From: Anolis carolinensis
Taxonomy: Eukaryota
Assembly (NCBI RefSeq): GCF_035594765.1
Contig: NC_085845.1
Coordinates: 64,784,024-64,848,023 of the forward strand
Length of the DNA stretch: 64,000 bases
Reading direction: 5' to 3'
Made by a program: the position numbers and the translations under genes. The notes beneath the pieces were generated by a model. That model made no database searches. It was not told where the DNA came from and worked only from the letters and a program-made list of their open reading frames with translations. Below, one piece after another: positions 1 through 12,505 of the stretch (positions are counted from its first letter, which is position 1; each line of letters starts with the position of its first letter).

Positions 1-607
1 AACAGCATGTGACTTCCGCTTTGATGTATCATGGTTCAACCAAAACAAGCATGGGTTTTTTTTGTTGCCTCACTATGTCATGGTTGGAACAAAAAAGTTT
101 TCAGGTGGCAAAAATAAACAGATTTTTGGAACATTGTTCATTCTATATGTTTTTTCTTTGTAAAACAAAATATTCATGCCAGCCACTGAATTCTGGAGAA
201 ATATTATGTGTGAATTCTGCAAAAATGTATGTCTCTGCGAGAACGAAAAATGCTCCATCCTGATGAAATAGAGTTAAACAAATGTGTGTGCTGACTAACT
301 ACTGAAACAAGCAACACTAGGATTAATTCTGCATTTGCAAGATTTTATCAGGATACCTTGCTGAAAGAGACAGTTGGTACCAAAGAGCACAGAGTTATAG
401 CAGTCAGGCTCTGAAACCCACTATTAAACTTGACAGTATGTGCTATTACTTGGTGACACTTTCAGTATGTGTGCGCACATGTAGAGGGATAGTGATATAT
501 GGATAGATGTGTGAGTAGATGGATAGATAGATCTAAATTCATAACAAGTATTTCTGCTTAATCATACAGGTAAGGCAAGATTTTTTCACAGTTCGTCTTT
601 ATACATA

Positions 608-609
<2 letters not shown>

Positions 610-642
<33 letters not shown>

Positions 643-648
643 ATACAT
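610..648. repeat. (CA)n microsatellite
   Basis: Run of CA dinucleotides decaying into CATA. Confidence 0.95.
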
Positions 649-1260
649 CTTGTTCTCATCAGGGTTGGGAATGTTTCCACAAAATAAAACAAATTAGGTT
701 AGAAAATATATGTGGAGTAGGTAAGGAAGATGTGACAAACAGAAAATATAATTGGGGAGAGTGGGACAGCAAAATGCTGAAGCTGAAGTTATCACATACA
801 GGTGTATCCTAATTTAAAGTGAACATCTTTATGTTTTGTTCATTAGAGTCAGCATTGCTTGCTGTCTGACAAGCACAAAACATTGATCTATGGTTGCTGA
901 TTAATGATTTCCAACAGCCACATGGGTCCTGTTAACTCAAAGGAATCATATTCAAAATAGTCCCAGGGTTGCCAAAACCCGAAGTTGTCCTTACCTCTTC
1001 TCAAATAGTTGTCCATGAGACATTTCCATGTATTAATACCCAACATCATTCTCATATGTTTACAAAACTACTAATTCTTTATTTTCTCTCTTTCTGTGCA
1101 TATGGAACTTTGGGCTCTGTAGAAATTGCTTGTGTCTTGCTGAAGAATAGAGTGATTTGCTTTAAGCGGAAAAGCTTAGTGATGGGTGAGAATGTCAATT
1201 GGTTCACTTTGGGATGAGACCTTTTGGGAAGTGGCCATTATAGAGATGTCATAAAGAATG

Positions 1261-1495
1261 TACAGGCAGTCCCCAAGTTACAAACTAGATAGGTTCTGTA
1301 AGTTTGTTCTTAAGTTGAATTTGTATGTAAGTCAAAACAGATACATTTTAAGTGTAACCAGAATACTCTCTCTCTTTCTCTCTCCCTCTGATTTGGATAG
1401 CGTAGGGGAGGGTTAAGACCCTTGTGATGTTAGTTTTGCCATCTGTGCCTGTTCAGAAGTTTTCACCTCACTTTCTGTCCCTGTGATAATAGGAC
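1261..1495 (+). mobile_element. Tc1/mariner (Tigger/pogo-like) non-autonomous DNA element, left-end fragment
   Basis: Starts TA|CAGGCAGTCCCCAAGTTACAAAC, a Tigger-like terminus. No matching right end seen. Confidence 0.6.
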
Positions 1496-1804
1496 CAACT
1501 GAAATGTACAGATCTGCAGGGGGCTTTTAGTACTTATTTTTTAACAAATTGACTTTGAAATCCTGTCTGTGTTTGTTAAGTAATACATAAAACATATAAA
1601 AGCATAAACTCAACAACAATTGATAACCAATAGCCAGGTGCAATGGGTGTGTTCAAAAATTAGAGACAAGACAATAAATTTTACATGTGAAATATATTGC
1701 AAGGTCACTAATAAGATAGACCAGTAATAAAGTGCAGTGGCTGGGTATAGCTGGAGGTAAAAGGGCTCTGTCAAATTGTGCCAAATTAGTCAAAAGCATA
1801 TTGA

Positions 1805-2045
1805 AATAATCAGGTTTTCAGGTCTTTCCGGAATGTGGCCAAGGTAGGGGCTAATTTAATTTCTCTCTGGAGGGAGTCCCAGAGCTGGGGGGGGCACCAC
1901 TGAGAAGGCCCTCTCCCTCGTCCCCACTAACCATGTTTGAGACGGCGGCAGGAGTGAGAGAAGGGCCTCCTCAGGAGATCTTAAAGTTTGCACAGGTCCA
2001 CATAGTAGAAAATGCGGTCGCAAAGATAGGCTGGACCGGAACCAT
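1805..2045 (-). mobile_element. L2-clade LINE 3' ORF2 fragment
   Basis: Minus-strand translation TLRSPEEALLSLLPPSQTWLVGTRERAFSVVPP resembles the L2 ORF2 C-terminus (compare RRRAFTAVAPSLWNTLP at 25.0-25.1 kb). Confidence 0.8.
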
Positions 2046-2907
2046 CCAGCTACCATCCAGGATTGCTACCCCTTCAGATATTCAGATATTTAACACCAGT
2101 GTGATAAGTACAGCATAGTTGAGATTTTAAAAACTGAATGTAGCTGAGATTATAGAAAGTTGAATGTCGGGAGAAAGTGGTCAGATTCATCAATTTCTAT
2201 AATAAAGTGAACTGCTTCATTTTATCAGAGATGTTCAGTATAACCCCCAAGACAGTAAATAATGACTGTATTACATGGAGGAGTCATGATAAGCCATTGC
2301 TATATATGAGCATTTGCTGCAAAGTTTACAGAAGGTTATAATACACAGACACCTCTGAGGCAGCTGTGATGTCCACACATCCTGGAATTCTTTCTGTCCA
2401 GTGCTAGTTTCCAGGAATCCCCTTCAGTGATATCTGTCAAGGAATTGACCTGGAAAACTACATCCAACTATGCTGGACGACCTAATTGAAGATCTCTGTT
2501 GGGCCAGATATCAGATTATATATCCTATTCTCTACAAGAAATTTCAGGTCATGTTTGCTCACTAATTTAGACAGTAAGGTGAGACCAGCTCTTGATGTCT
2601 GCAAACACATATATCTTGTTATTTTTCTTTTCATAGCCCCACCAGTTTTGCCCTACTTCACCCTAGTTCATCCACTGAGTGCATAGAACCAATCTGACAT
2701 GAGCCAACACAAGCCAATGCGGCACTCAGCTAAAGGTGGATATGCATCCTATAAAAAGTACAGTGGATTATGAACTATCTTCCTAACTGTTATGAAAAGC
2801 ATTGTTTCCTAAAAGTGGGTGTACATAGGCTTTCAGAATTTTTATACCTAATAAAGAAGCATAAAAAACTGCAGTTGAGAAATTCACCCTAAGAGGGAGA
2901 GTTTACG

Positions 2908-2911
<4 letters not shown>

Positions 2912-2990
<79 letters not shown>
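2912..2990. repeat. compound (TC)n(AC)n microsatellite
   Basis: Directly visible. Confidence 0.97.
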
Positions 2991-2995
<5 letters not shown>

Positions 2996-5184
2996 TACTT
3001 GATTTATGTATCCATATTGTTCTGAATGGGAACTTATATTTTACTGAATTTCCCATTGCTCCTTATGTGTTCTAATATTTTTTTTATATCACACAAGGAT
3101 TTATTTTAGTTTTAGTTTTAGACACAAACTAGGCTAACGGGCATATTTCTTCCATGTGACAAAAGTACATTTAGATGAATCCATCTACTTCTTATAATTA
3201 TTTCATGGCAGCACATGATGTCCAATGGTTCCCAGCATGACTCATTTAGAATATTTAGTACCACAGTGTTGACATTCTGCCAGGCACTTGCTGATAGCTG
3301 TATGTAAGGGGTTTTGTTGCTGAATCTGATTTGCCTCAAAGCAGGTCACAAATCTCAGTCACAGTTCAGTAGATCATCGAGATTTTATTGTTTGAGTTAG
3401 GCTTGCTTTTCTGGCTTTCTTCCAAAGCCACAAGCTCAGAGCGTGGGTTCAGAGAGAAACATGAAGGGAAGGTCTGAGAAGACAACCTGCTGCTAATATG
3501 TAATTCCTAACTTAGTTCAGTTTTAACATTGTCCCCTGTGAATGACAGCAATTTAAATGGTTATAAAATTCATATCCTTGTTTAGAAGAACAAAGATTTA
3601 CTGTCAGTTCTGGAGTTTGATGTGTTTCTTATTCCTGTCATATTCTTAATTAAGAGATGCAACTGACATGGATTGTACTAAATATGGCATGGGTTGTACT
3701 AAATAAATAGCAGGGAGCTGCAGATGAGAAGACTCTCAGTGTTAAGTGAAAATGACAAATCATTGGAACACCTGGTAAAAGAGAAACTGTTTGTGGCATC
3801 ATTGTCCAAAGCCAGGTAGAGAAGAACAGGATATTTTACAGTATCTTGTACACAAAAAATATTTCTGGAAGAAACACCATTCTTTATCCTTTATCCTTAT
3901 TTCTGAGTATGGCATATGTCCAATAATGTAGATGATAACCAGTTCTTTTTATTCCAGTAAACACTGTGGAAGAAGGTTCATGTGTCCTATATTTAGTCAA
4001 TGTGCACATGGGAGTTGCAGCCAATTTGGCTTCTGCTGACATTGTTTGTCTCTGTTTGGCTTACTATATAGATCAGCCTATGCTTTTTTTTTATTCCAAG
4101 CACAGCAGTGGCTTGCAGAAGCAAAGCCCATGCATTTGAGAGTGCACAGGAATTTGGCCCTAAAGGCCACTGGTATGACTCATTCTCCCCAACTGGCCTT
4201 CGTTATTCAGAAGGAAATTGCTCTCACAATAACCCATTCTTAGATGAAACCAGCAAAACAGCAGTCAACGCCATTGAGGTTGACTGTTTTTTCAACCTGC
4301 TTGGTGAACCCTGTGGTTACCTGAAGAATGGCAATTGTGATAAAAAAGGGAGGTAATAATTAAAAAAAACTTTGTGCTTTCTTTTAAATTTGTTGCTATG
4401 TCAGGACTCAGTTGTGAATATGAGCCTGGAAAAATCTGAACAGATGGTCACATTGAGAAATGTCTTCTGTTGTATCATCCGGTACAAGATAATAATAAGC
4501 TGATTTCTAAACAAAATCAAGACATGACTTACTAATTCACCCACCTACAATCCTTATTTCTAACAGTGCCATCCACGTTCATGTGGAATGTGTTTATAAG
4601 CAAATAGGGCCAGTTTTATCATTCAACAGAATGAGGCAAGTAGATGCTAGGAGAAGCACTAGAAACCCATTCCTACTGAGTCCCCTGGTCATAAAACCTG
4701 TGTTGGATAAAACTGCTATTATCAAATAGTCTATCTTGCGCACACGAACACACATAAATACACACCAAAATAACCAACTATCCCCAGAGTCAGTGGAGTT
4801 TGGTTCTTGCTATGAAGTGTGAGGCACCATCCATTTCTTCATCTCAAAGACCAGAATATTTTAGATTGACATCTAAACAAGTATAAGATATTTATCACAC
4901 TCACAAAATTCAGCATTTTAGGACACGTCCTGTTTATTTGGGGGCACAGAGCCACACAGTGTCCAATGAAGCCAGCAGAGACCCCACAGAAGTGCGATGC
5001 TTCCCTTATGTGATGAGGTGTCACCAAGAGGAAGCTACATTCAGGGTGACAGATTCGCCCCGCTGGCCCTTTCTTTCCTCCATGAAGCCAGACATCTTCA
5101 AGAGCTTTGATAAAGAGCATAGACAGGATAAATCTGTGTAATCATAGAGAACACAGCTGGCAAGTCAAATCAAATAGTTTTTAG

Positions 5185-5416
5185 TTTATTTATTTATTTA
5201 TTTACAGTATTTATATTCCACCCTTCTCACCCTGAAGGGGACTCAGGGCGGATCACATTACACATATAAGGCAAACATTCAATGCCTTAACATAGAACAA
5301 AGACAAGACAAACATGGGGCTCCAAGCTGGCCTCGAACTCATGACCTCTCGGTCAGAGTGATTTGTTACAACTGGCTGCAGCTGGTTGCTCAACAGCCTG
5401 AGCCACAGCCTGGCCC
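5185..5416 (-). mobile_element. tRNA-derived SINE with L2-type 3' tail
   Basis: Minus strand has A-box-like TGGCTCAGGCTG, B-box-like GAGTTCGAGGCC, a tail CCGCCCTGAGTCCCCTTC...GGAATATAAATAC and a (TAAA)n end. Confidence 0.8.
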
Positions 5417-6159
5417 AATACAGTAACTAGTTTGCAGTTACTGTATTGGTTTGTGATAATGCCATATGTGAACACTGAACCCAAGGGTATTTTGTTAGCT
5501 GGCATCTCCTGTGTTTCCTTTTTAAAAAACAATTTTCCATAGTACCCCTACCTATATGCCACAATGCAAATGGGAAAAGGAAACGGTGGCAAGAAAGGAA
5601 GGATAACAGAGGGCAGGACCAATTTGAAGGAGTCCACAACTTTCAGGAGTCTGAATTTTATGTGGAAGGAATTTGGGGCACTGCAATATATACATCCTAT
5701 TCTGAGTCTCTTCATTCCAGATTTCATATAATAAAACATATTGGACTGAATCTGGATTTAGTCATAGTTCCAGCAAACCAACTGAAGTAAGATTAATTGT
5801 TTTCAATGTGCTGGCTCCAAGTATGATAAAAGCCTCAAACCAGTGGATACAACAATACCAGCAATACATTTATAAGAAAACATAACTTTAAAGCACAAGC
5901 TACAAGGATGTATTATCAAGATATTTTAAAAATACAGTTTTCTTTTAAATTAAACCCATGCCAAATAAATGACAAGGCCCAATGCAAAGTGTTAACATCT
6001 CTGGTCATCCTCCCTCTATAAGATTAGTTTCATAGCAGCTGTACCACCAGGCACAAGGCTGAGAAAAAGGTAGGATAAATCTTGCTTTTTCAAGAGGATA
6101 GAGAAAGAACATGAGTAACATGCACACATACCTTATATACAATAGCATATTATTTAGAC

Positions 6160-6286
6160 CAGTCAGTCTCACTTTTGGTTTGCCAGATGTTTTTGATTGC
6201 AGCTCCCAGTTTTTCTTACCATTGCTCAGGGGCTTCTGGGAACTGACATTCAAAATATCTGGAGAACCCAAAGATGAACACTACTG
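6160..6286. mobile_element. degenerate hAT (Charlie-type) MITE
   Basis: Decayed match to the palindromic ~135-bp MITE at 53178 and 56538. Confidence 0.5.
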
Positions 6287-7573
6287 TTTTATCCAAAATG
6301 AGTTCTCAAAAAGTACCTGTAAAAACAGAATTTGTTTTGTCAGATTGCAGCTGCTATTCAGTTTATAATATCTATGCTAGTTTAAAAGTGCCTTTATAGT
6401 GTGCACGATGGCTGTTTCTGAAAACATGCTTGCTTTTTAAATAGCCAGACTGCAAAATGTGATAGCTAGAAGAGCATATACTCTGTTATTTTAGGATAGC
6501 TAGTTAATCTCTTCCACATTCTGGTATCTTCCTAGTGTGCTATGTTGTTCTTGGAAAATTGCCTTTAGAATCATTATTAATTGCGTCATGTAAATAGCAC
6601 ATTTTGTGATTTGATTCCTGAAATATTTTAGAGGTGAAATCCTATTTTATTTCTTTATATTTTTGTTCCAGAATTTAGCTCGCACTTCTTTCTTTGATTT
6701 TAAAGTTTGTAAGGTCCTTATTTCATGTGGCCACTGCCAAACTAATTTGTTATTACATTTCCAAATGTAATTTTAACCCACCCACCCCCCACTTACCTCC
6801 CACCCCACTTTTGCTACATATGAGCCATTAGCTGACATGTTTATTTTCTGGAGTCTGGACCAGCTTTTAAAATTTGTTTTGCCTCCTTCAATTTATAAAT
6901 GTGATAATCAATTATTTAGGGATTGTTTCCCAAGTGAGTCCTAAGCAGAAGAGTTGATAGCCCTCACACAGGCCATTCAAAGAGACAGGCGTCTCTGAAG
7001 CAGCTGACACTAGTGAGCCCAGCTAGTTTCCAACTCTCTCTCGAGCACTAGGATTCTGTGGGCCAGCCAGCAATTACGTTTCCTGCATCACTCAACAAAG
7101 AAAAGGGATGTGTTGTGCAAATCTATGTACTCGCCTTCGCTGAGTTTGCATTGTTTTGCCCATTGCATATTCAGCCTCAGGGTAGCACTGAAAGAAAAAG
7201 CTGGCCATCAGAGAGAAATACCATGGAACAACAGCAATATAATTGCATTCAGTCAACATCAGCTCAGCATCAGTAATTAGACAGGGGCCCAATAAGAAAG
7301 TTGGTATCAAGTCTGCCCATGAAACCATGAATTGTGTCCATGTTCTACCACTGTAGAACTGAGATGCAAATTCTTCCATGTGAAATTAACTTTATACAAG
7401 GAAGTCACTTTTCCGTTGAACATGAGCATGGGATTCATGGCGTTAACATGGTACTTGTATTAATAATGTCCTCTTTCGCCTCCTTCTTGAACTTTCAGCT
7501 AAAGAATTTTCTTATTTTGCTGGTGACATGCTGTCTTTTCGAATCTAATTAAAACTTTCTTTTTGGTCCTTAG

Positions 7574-7732
7574 GTGGAAAGAGAACTCTGCAGAGATGAG
7601 CTCTTAATTAATGCACAGGGTCCTTGCGAGTCCCACCTCTCAACAGCAGTGATTGACACCCAAGGATACATAAATTACACTAATTGAGCTTTGCAACTAT
7701 GCAGTCTTTTCACAACCAACTCATCAGAGAAG
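7574..7732 (+). other. candidate non-coding or poison exon (159 nt)
   Basis: CTAAT branch-like site, pyrimidine tract, TAG|G acceptor and AAG|GTAAGT donor. Stop codons occur in all three frames. Confidence 0.35.
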
Positions 7733-8100
7733 GTAAGTGAGCAGACCAGCACAAAAATGTTACGTCTGTATGCCTGTGTGTTCTCCCTTAGGGGAAAAAT
7801 CTTTCCAGATTACTAAGCATATGTTAGCATAGGAGACAGATTTTTCTCTTCACTTCTAAGAAGTAGTCTTTGCATTTTCTTTAAATCTGTTAGCATTTTA
7901 ATACAGCCATTTCCTAAGCATGCTTGGTGTGAATGCCAGCAGCAAAAGGATTACAAATCAATAACTTTATGCAAATAATCACTCAGTTGCATTGGGTGAT
8001 TTTCAGTTTTCTTGGATTACAGTAGGCACATTTCAACTTTGGAAGCGGAGTTACAAACCAGCCTGACCACAGATAATCTCTCCTCAGTTTATGCTAAATG

Positions 8101-8351
8101 CAGGGATGTAGCTGGGGGGGGGGGTGTTAGGGGTTCACCCCCCCCCCCAATTTTTCAGGTTAAAAAAAAACCTGGTTTACTCATGAATTTTAACTGATTA
8201 ACCAAATCCCCATGAGTGTCCACTGAAGTTTATCAATGGAGCCTGATTTCTAAATTATTTTGCGTTATGGAACTCCTCTTCATGATTCGCTAAAAAAAAT
8301 TCAACCTCCCTCCCCCCCCCCCCCGGAATTTTTTTTATGGCCATGGCTCTG
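8101..8351. mobile_element. hAT MITE with perfect 8-bp TSD
   Basis: GCTAAATG at 8093-8100 and 8352-8359. Imperfect TIRs CAGGGATGTAGC / GCCATGGCTCTG, with subterminal G and C runs. Confidence 0.85.
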
Positions 8352-10179
8352 GCTAAATGTCATGAACTAAATTAGAAGTCAAGAACAATTCTTGCCTTTT
8401 GGAATTTATGTTGCTGGTAAGGATAGAAGATACATTTAAGGTGAAAAGATACCAGTCTTTTGGCCACAAACAAGAACTACCCTACTGTAAGCAAAAGTAG
8501 GCCAAATTGGCATCTGGCCCTTCCAAGCCTACTGGGAAGCCTGATCCCAAGGCTTGGGATCTCTGAAACAGAGATGTTTTCCCTTTTTTGAGTCATCTTT
8601 ATGGGGAAGCTAAACAAGATATTTGACAGGAAAATTTGAGGTGTAGATCTGGCCTTTCACACCTCAGTCAGTCAGATTCTAATCCGAAGTGGTTTTTCAT
8701 GAGCAAAAGAATGCCCTATAGTGCAAGCTTGACTTGGAGGCTGGCAAAATAATAGGAGCTTCTGCAATCAGTTCCTGCATTTGCTGGAGACATAAGGTTC
8801 CTTGGCACCTTTCTATTCACAGAAAAGACATGTGCCAGCATTCTATCTACCTAATTTGCTACCTTTGCCCAGTCTCCTTTTTAGGCTAAGGTATATTGGT
8901 CTTATTTAGAGCCTTACTGTTGAATAATTCAAAAATTCCTAAGGATGAATGGCTTGAAACATCTATAAAGCATACCTGCATAATACTCTCCTTTAAAGTT
9001 TTGGACCAATTGCCCAGTTTTACAGCAAACTTTGATCTTCTTGTAGTTTTAATAATGTGGTTTAATGTTGTTTAAATAGTGTTTGGGTTGCATTCATTAA
9101 ATTTAACTAGATGGCTTTTCTGAGATTAAGTCAACAGTACACTGCAGTAAGGATGAAATCATTACATATTTTGAGAGAAGGATACCAGCTGGAACAGAGT
9201 GGTTAGAAAGATACGTTGGAGGGACCTGGGTTTTTTCAAGGCAATAGTTGGTAGAAAAAAAGGAAATATAAAAGGAGTGTGGTGAGTGCTGGAAGCAATC
9301 AGGGAGGAAAATAAATGGAATCCAAAACATGCCTACTTAGAACTTTCTCTGTGGCTTAAGTGACGGCTCTAGCAATAATCAGTTTGGTCTGGGAAAATGG
9401 CTTTTGTCCAGCTTTGTGCTTTTGTCTAAATAACTTAAGATCATCTTAAAAGGAGGTTTTGCTTTCCCCTGTTTTGACATTTCTTTTCATTCACTAAAAA
9501 TTTTCCCAGTGCTTTATGTTACATTCTCAGCGATAAGCATGTCTCAGTGGTAGAGTTTCGGTTCCAATTTGGCACTTTGACCTGCTGTTCTTAGAGCCTT
9601 TCATTGATGGGTTTGCAATTTCCTAGAAAGTGTGAGCTAGGGGTGTGCGTGTGTTGCTAAAACAATAATGGGGTATGCATTTTTTGAGCTGCCAGTATGG
9701 AAAAATCAAAGTGTGACATATCCCATGCATTTTTTCCAATTTATTCCAGATCCAGACTTAGGTTTTTTTAGCATATAATTTGAAAAACGGTGGCAGTAAA
9801 GTAATGTTTTGAAGTATCTGTGTTGTCTGAATTTGATCCTGTCTGCCTTTGGTCTTCTTATTCATTGCAGGATCCTAGCCAATTGAGTCATCATATTGTT
9901 GCACAAATTTGGAACTGACAGAAGCTTCAGTGGCCAGTGGGGAGGGATTCTAGGAGCTGATGATCAAAATATCTAGAAATGCTAAAGATTCAAAACCATG
10001 AATCTAGTCAGTGTAGGAATATAAAGAGCCTTGTCTGTGTGCTCTGAGTGAATATGTGTATACAGGCAATTATAGAAGCCCCTTTTCCCAGTGATCACAT
10101 CTCTCATGTAAGGGGTATTGGACATTTGTATATTTACACATTAGGAGTTGTGGACTTCTGATTCTATATCCAAATCTCC

Positions 10180-10850
10180 TAGAAGAAATAGATCCAAAAA
10201 TGGTTGCACAAAGAAAACTGGATATAGAAGCTAAGTAAGACACTGCTACACCCAGTAAAGCTGACTCATTGAAATGGCTAAGTTGTTTTAAACATACTTT
10301 TCAAACAGTCCAGTATCTAAAGACAGAAATACCTAAACACCTCAGGAGGGTATTTACCAGAACTAGATTTGAACAGCTGGATACAATGGTCAAACATGGA
10401 AGGATTAACCACGTTCCATATAATGGACGATTTTGTATCTGTGGAGCAGCAGAGGTAGAAGATATCACACATGTACTGTTTAGTTGTAACTTGTATAAGA
10501 AAGAGAGAAGCCAATACCTCGAGCCATACACTATACAAAAGACACATTGGGATCCTTATATTAAAACTACATTTTATTAGCCCGCCAGAATGCTAAAATA
10601 ACATACAAAACACCCCTTTTTCTACTTAAAGCAACTCAGCTGAGAACTGCATATTTGGAGTCAATTGGTGTAAATTTTAGGAGTGATGCAGATGTTTGAT
10701 CTGAATCAGGATCTTGACCCCTTGTTAACAGTTTGTTTATTTTAATTTTGGTTTTATTGTGAGTTGAATGCTATATGGGTATGTGTTAAATGTATTTGTC
10801 AAATATTTTGATATGGTCGATGGGCTAATCAATAAAATGTATTTTATAAC
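10180..10850 (+). mobile_element. LINE 3' fragment (RTE-X-like) with C-terminal CCHC zinc knuckle
   Basis: ORF 10269-10580 reads RRVFTRTRFEQL...PYNGRFCICGAAEVEDITHVLFSCNLY (C-x-C...H...C). AT-rich 3' UTR with AATAAA near 10831. Confidence 0.75.
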
Positions 10851-12223
10851 TGTATATTTAATGTGAACATCTGAATGTCTTGTTTGTACAATCAGAAAAG
10901 TTGCACTTAGTAGCCTGTTTTAAACATTCAAGCTGAATATGCAAACATTTCAAGTGCATCTCATAGGTAACAGTGAGGACAAGGTTAAAACATGTAATCA
11001 ACAAATTTCAGTTCTCCTTATTTTGCATGCTCAGTCTGAAGCATCATTCAAATGAAAATGAAATTTAAATTTAAATCATTTTAAAAAGTTTATAAAGTTG
11101 AAAGAGCTCTTCCAGGTAGGCATAGTAAAATTTGCATCAATACCATGTGTGGGTTTTATTTCATTGGTTCAATCACTTGTTGATATCATCATTTCTATCA
11201 CCTAGGCAATGTGTGTGTGTTTGTGAGGAGGAGAGGGCATTTTGGATCATACATATTCCTTCTTAACATTCTAGTAATTGCAATCTTTGCAGGTTGGTAA
11301 GCAGACTCACAGTGTGTTGCAAACGATTTGGGAAAAGTCTTCTAATTGGTTTTCCAGTCTAAAATCGTCTACAATCTCAAGATCCTATATTATATACAGC
11401 TATAGAAGTCTTAGTAGAATATCATATTGAAGGATGGAACAATTGTCTCCTTTTTTCATATGGAACTATATCTAAGGATGAAGAATGTTTTCTATTTTAG
11501 AAACAAGATCCACATTATTTTCCTGCCAAAATTATTTTAAGGGGCAAATAACACAAATGTTGTTTGGAAGTTTACAAAAATTGAGTTACCTCTACTTTGA
11601 GATGCTTTTTGTTTGTTCTCTCTTATTTCATCATAATCTCAGATGATTGAGTTTTGTTCTGCATCTGTTGTACTGTTTGTGCAAAAGAGTAATTTTTATC
11701 CATATAAAATTACAAAAGCTTAGACTGAGATTCATTGGGCCCATTGTCTTCTGTTTACTCGGAGAAAGGGTATTTATTAGGGGAAAGATCTTTATGTTAG
11801 TTGCTAGCTTAATTTAAATTCCAGTGTCTTTGTGTATAGATAAATTATATTTCAACTATAACATTTATAAAAATATTCAAAAATATTTTGAGCCATGAAA
11901 AATACTCTGGAAACTTTTCATCTTTCAAAATAAGTAATTAAAATGTACCATGATCACTTTTTACTACTCTAATAGAAGTGGAAATGTGTTTTGGTTTTTT
12001 TTTGGGGGGGGGGGGGGTTAAGCTCAGAAGGCAGGCAGATTTCAAGGGGAAAAGGGACAATGGGAAGAAAGTGAGAGGAAGGAGGACAGACCTGAATATC
12101 CCAGCATGCTGAGAAATTTAGTATTTTATTATTTATATACTGGGACTGAGAGACTGGAAATGAGCATAATAACAGAATATCTTTACATATTTCAGAAAAG
12201 AGTTGTTATCTAATAGGACAACT

Positions 12224-12505
12224 GTTTATCTACAAAGCAGAATGAATGTGGTTCCACAGCACTTTAATAGCTATGGCTCCATGCAATGGAATCATTGCCT
12301 ATGTGTAAAGCTGCCTTGAATCCCCTACGGGGTCGAGAAAGGCGGCGTATAAATGTTGTACATAAATAAATAATACATTTTAGTTTTACAGGGTTTTTAG
12401 CCTTCTCTGCTAAGAGACCTGGTGCCTCACCAAACTACAGCTCCCTAGATTCTATGGCACTGAGCCATAATAATTAAAATGGTGTCACACTGCATTAATT
12501 CTACT
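12224..12505. mobile_element. Harbinger-type palindromic MITE interrupted by an L2-type 3' tail (12302-12374)
   Basis: Arms AGAATGAATG...CACTTTAATAGCTATGGCTC and GAGCCATAATAATTAAAATGGTG...GCATTAATTCT are complementary. Central insert GTAAAGCTGCCTTGAATCCCC...(TAAA)n. Confidence 0.7.
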
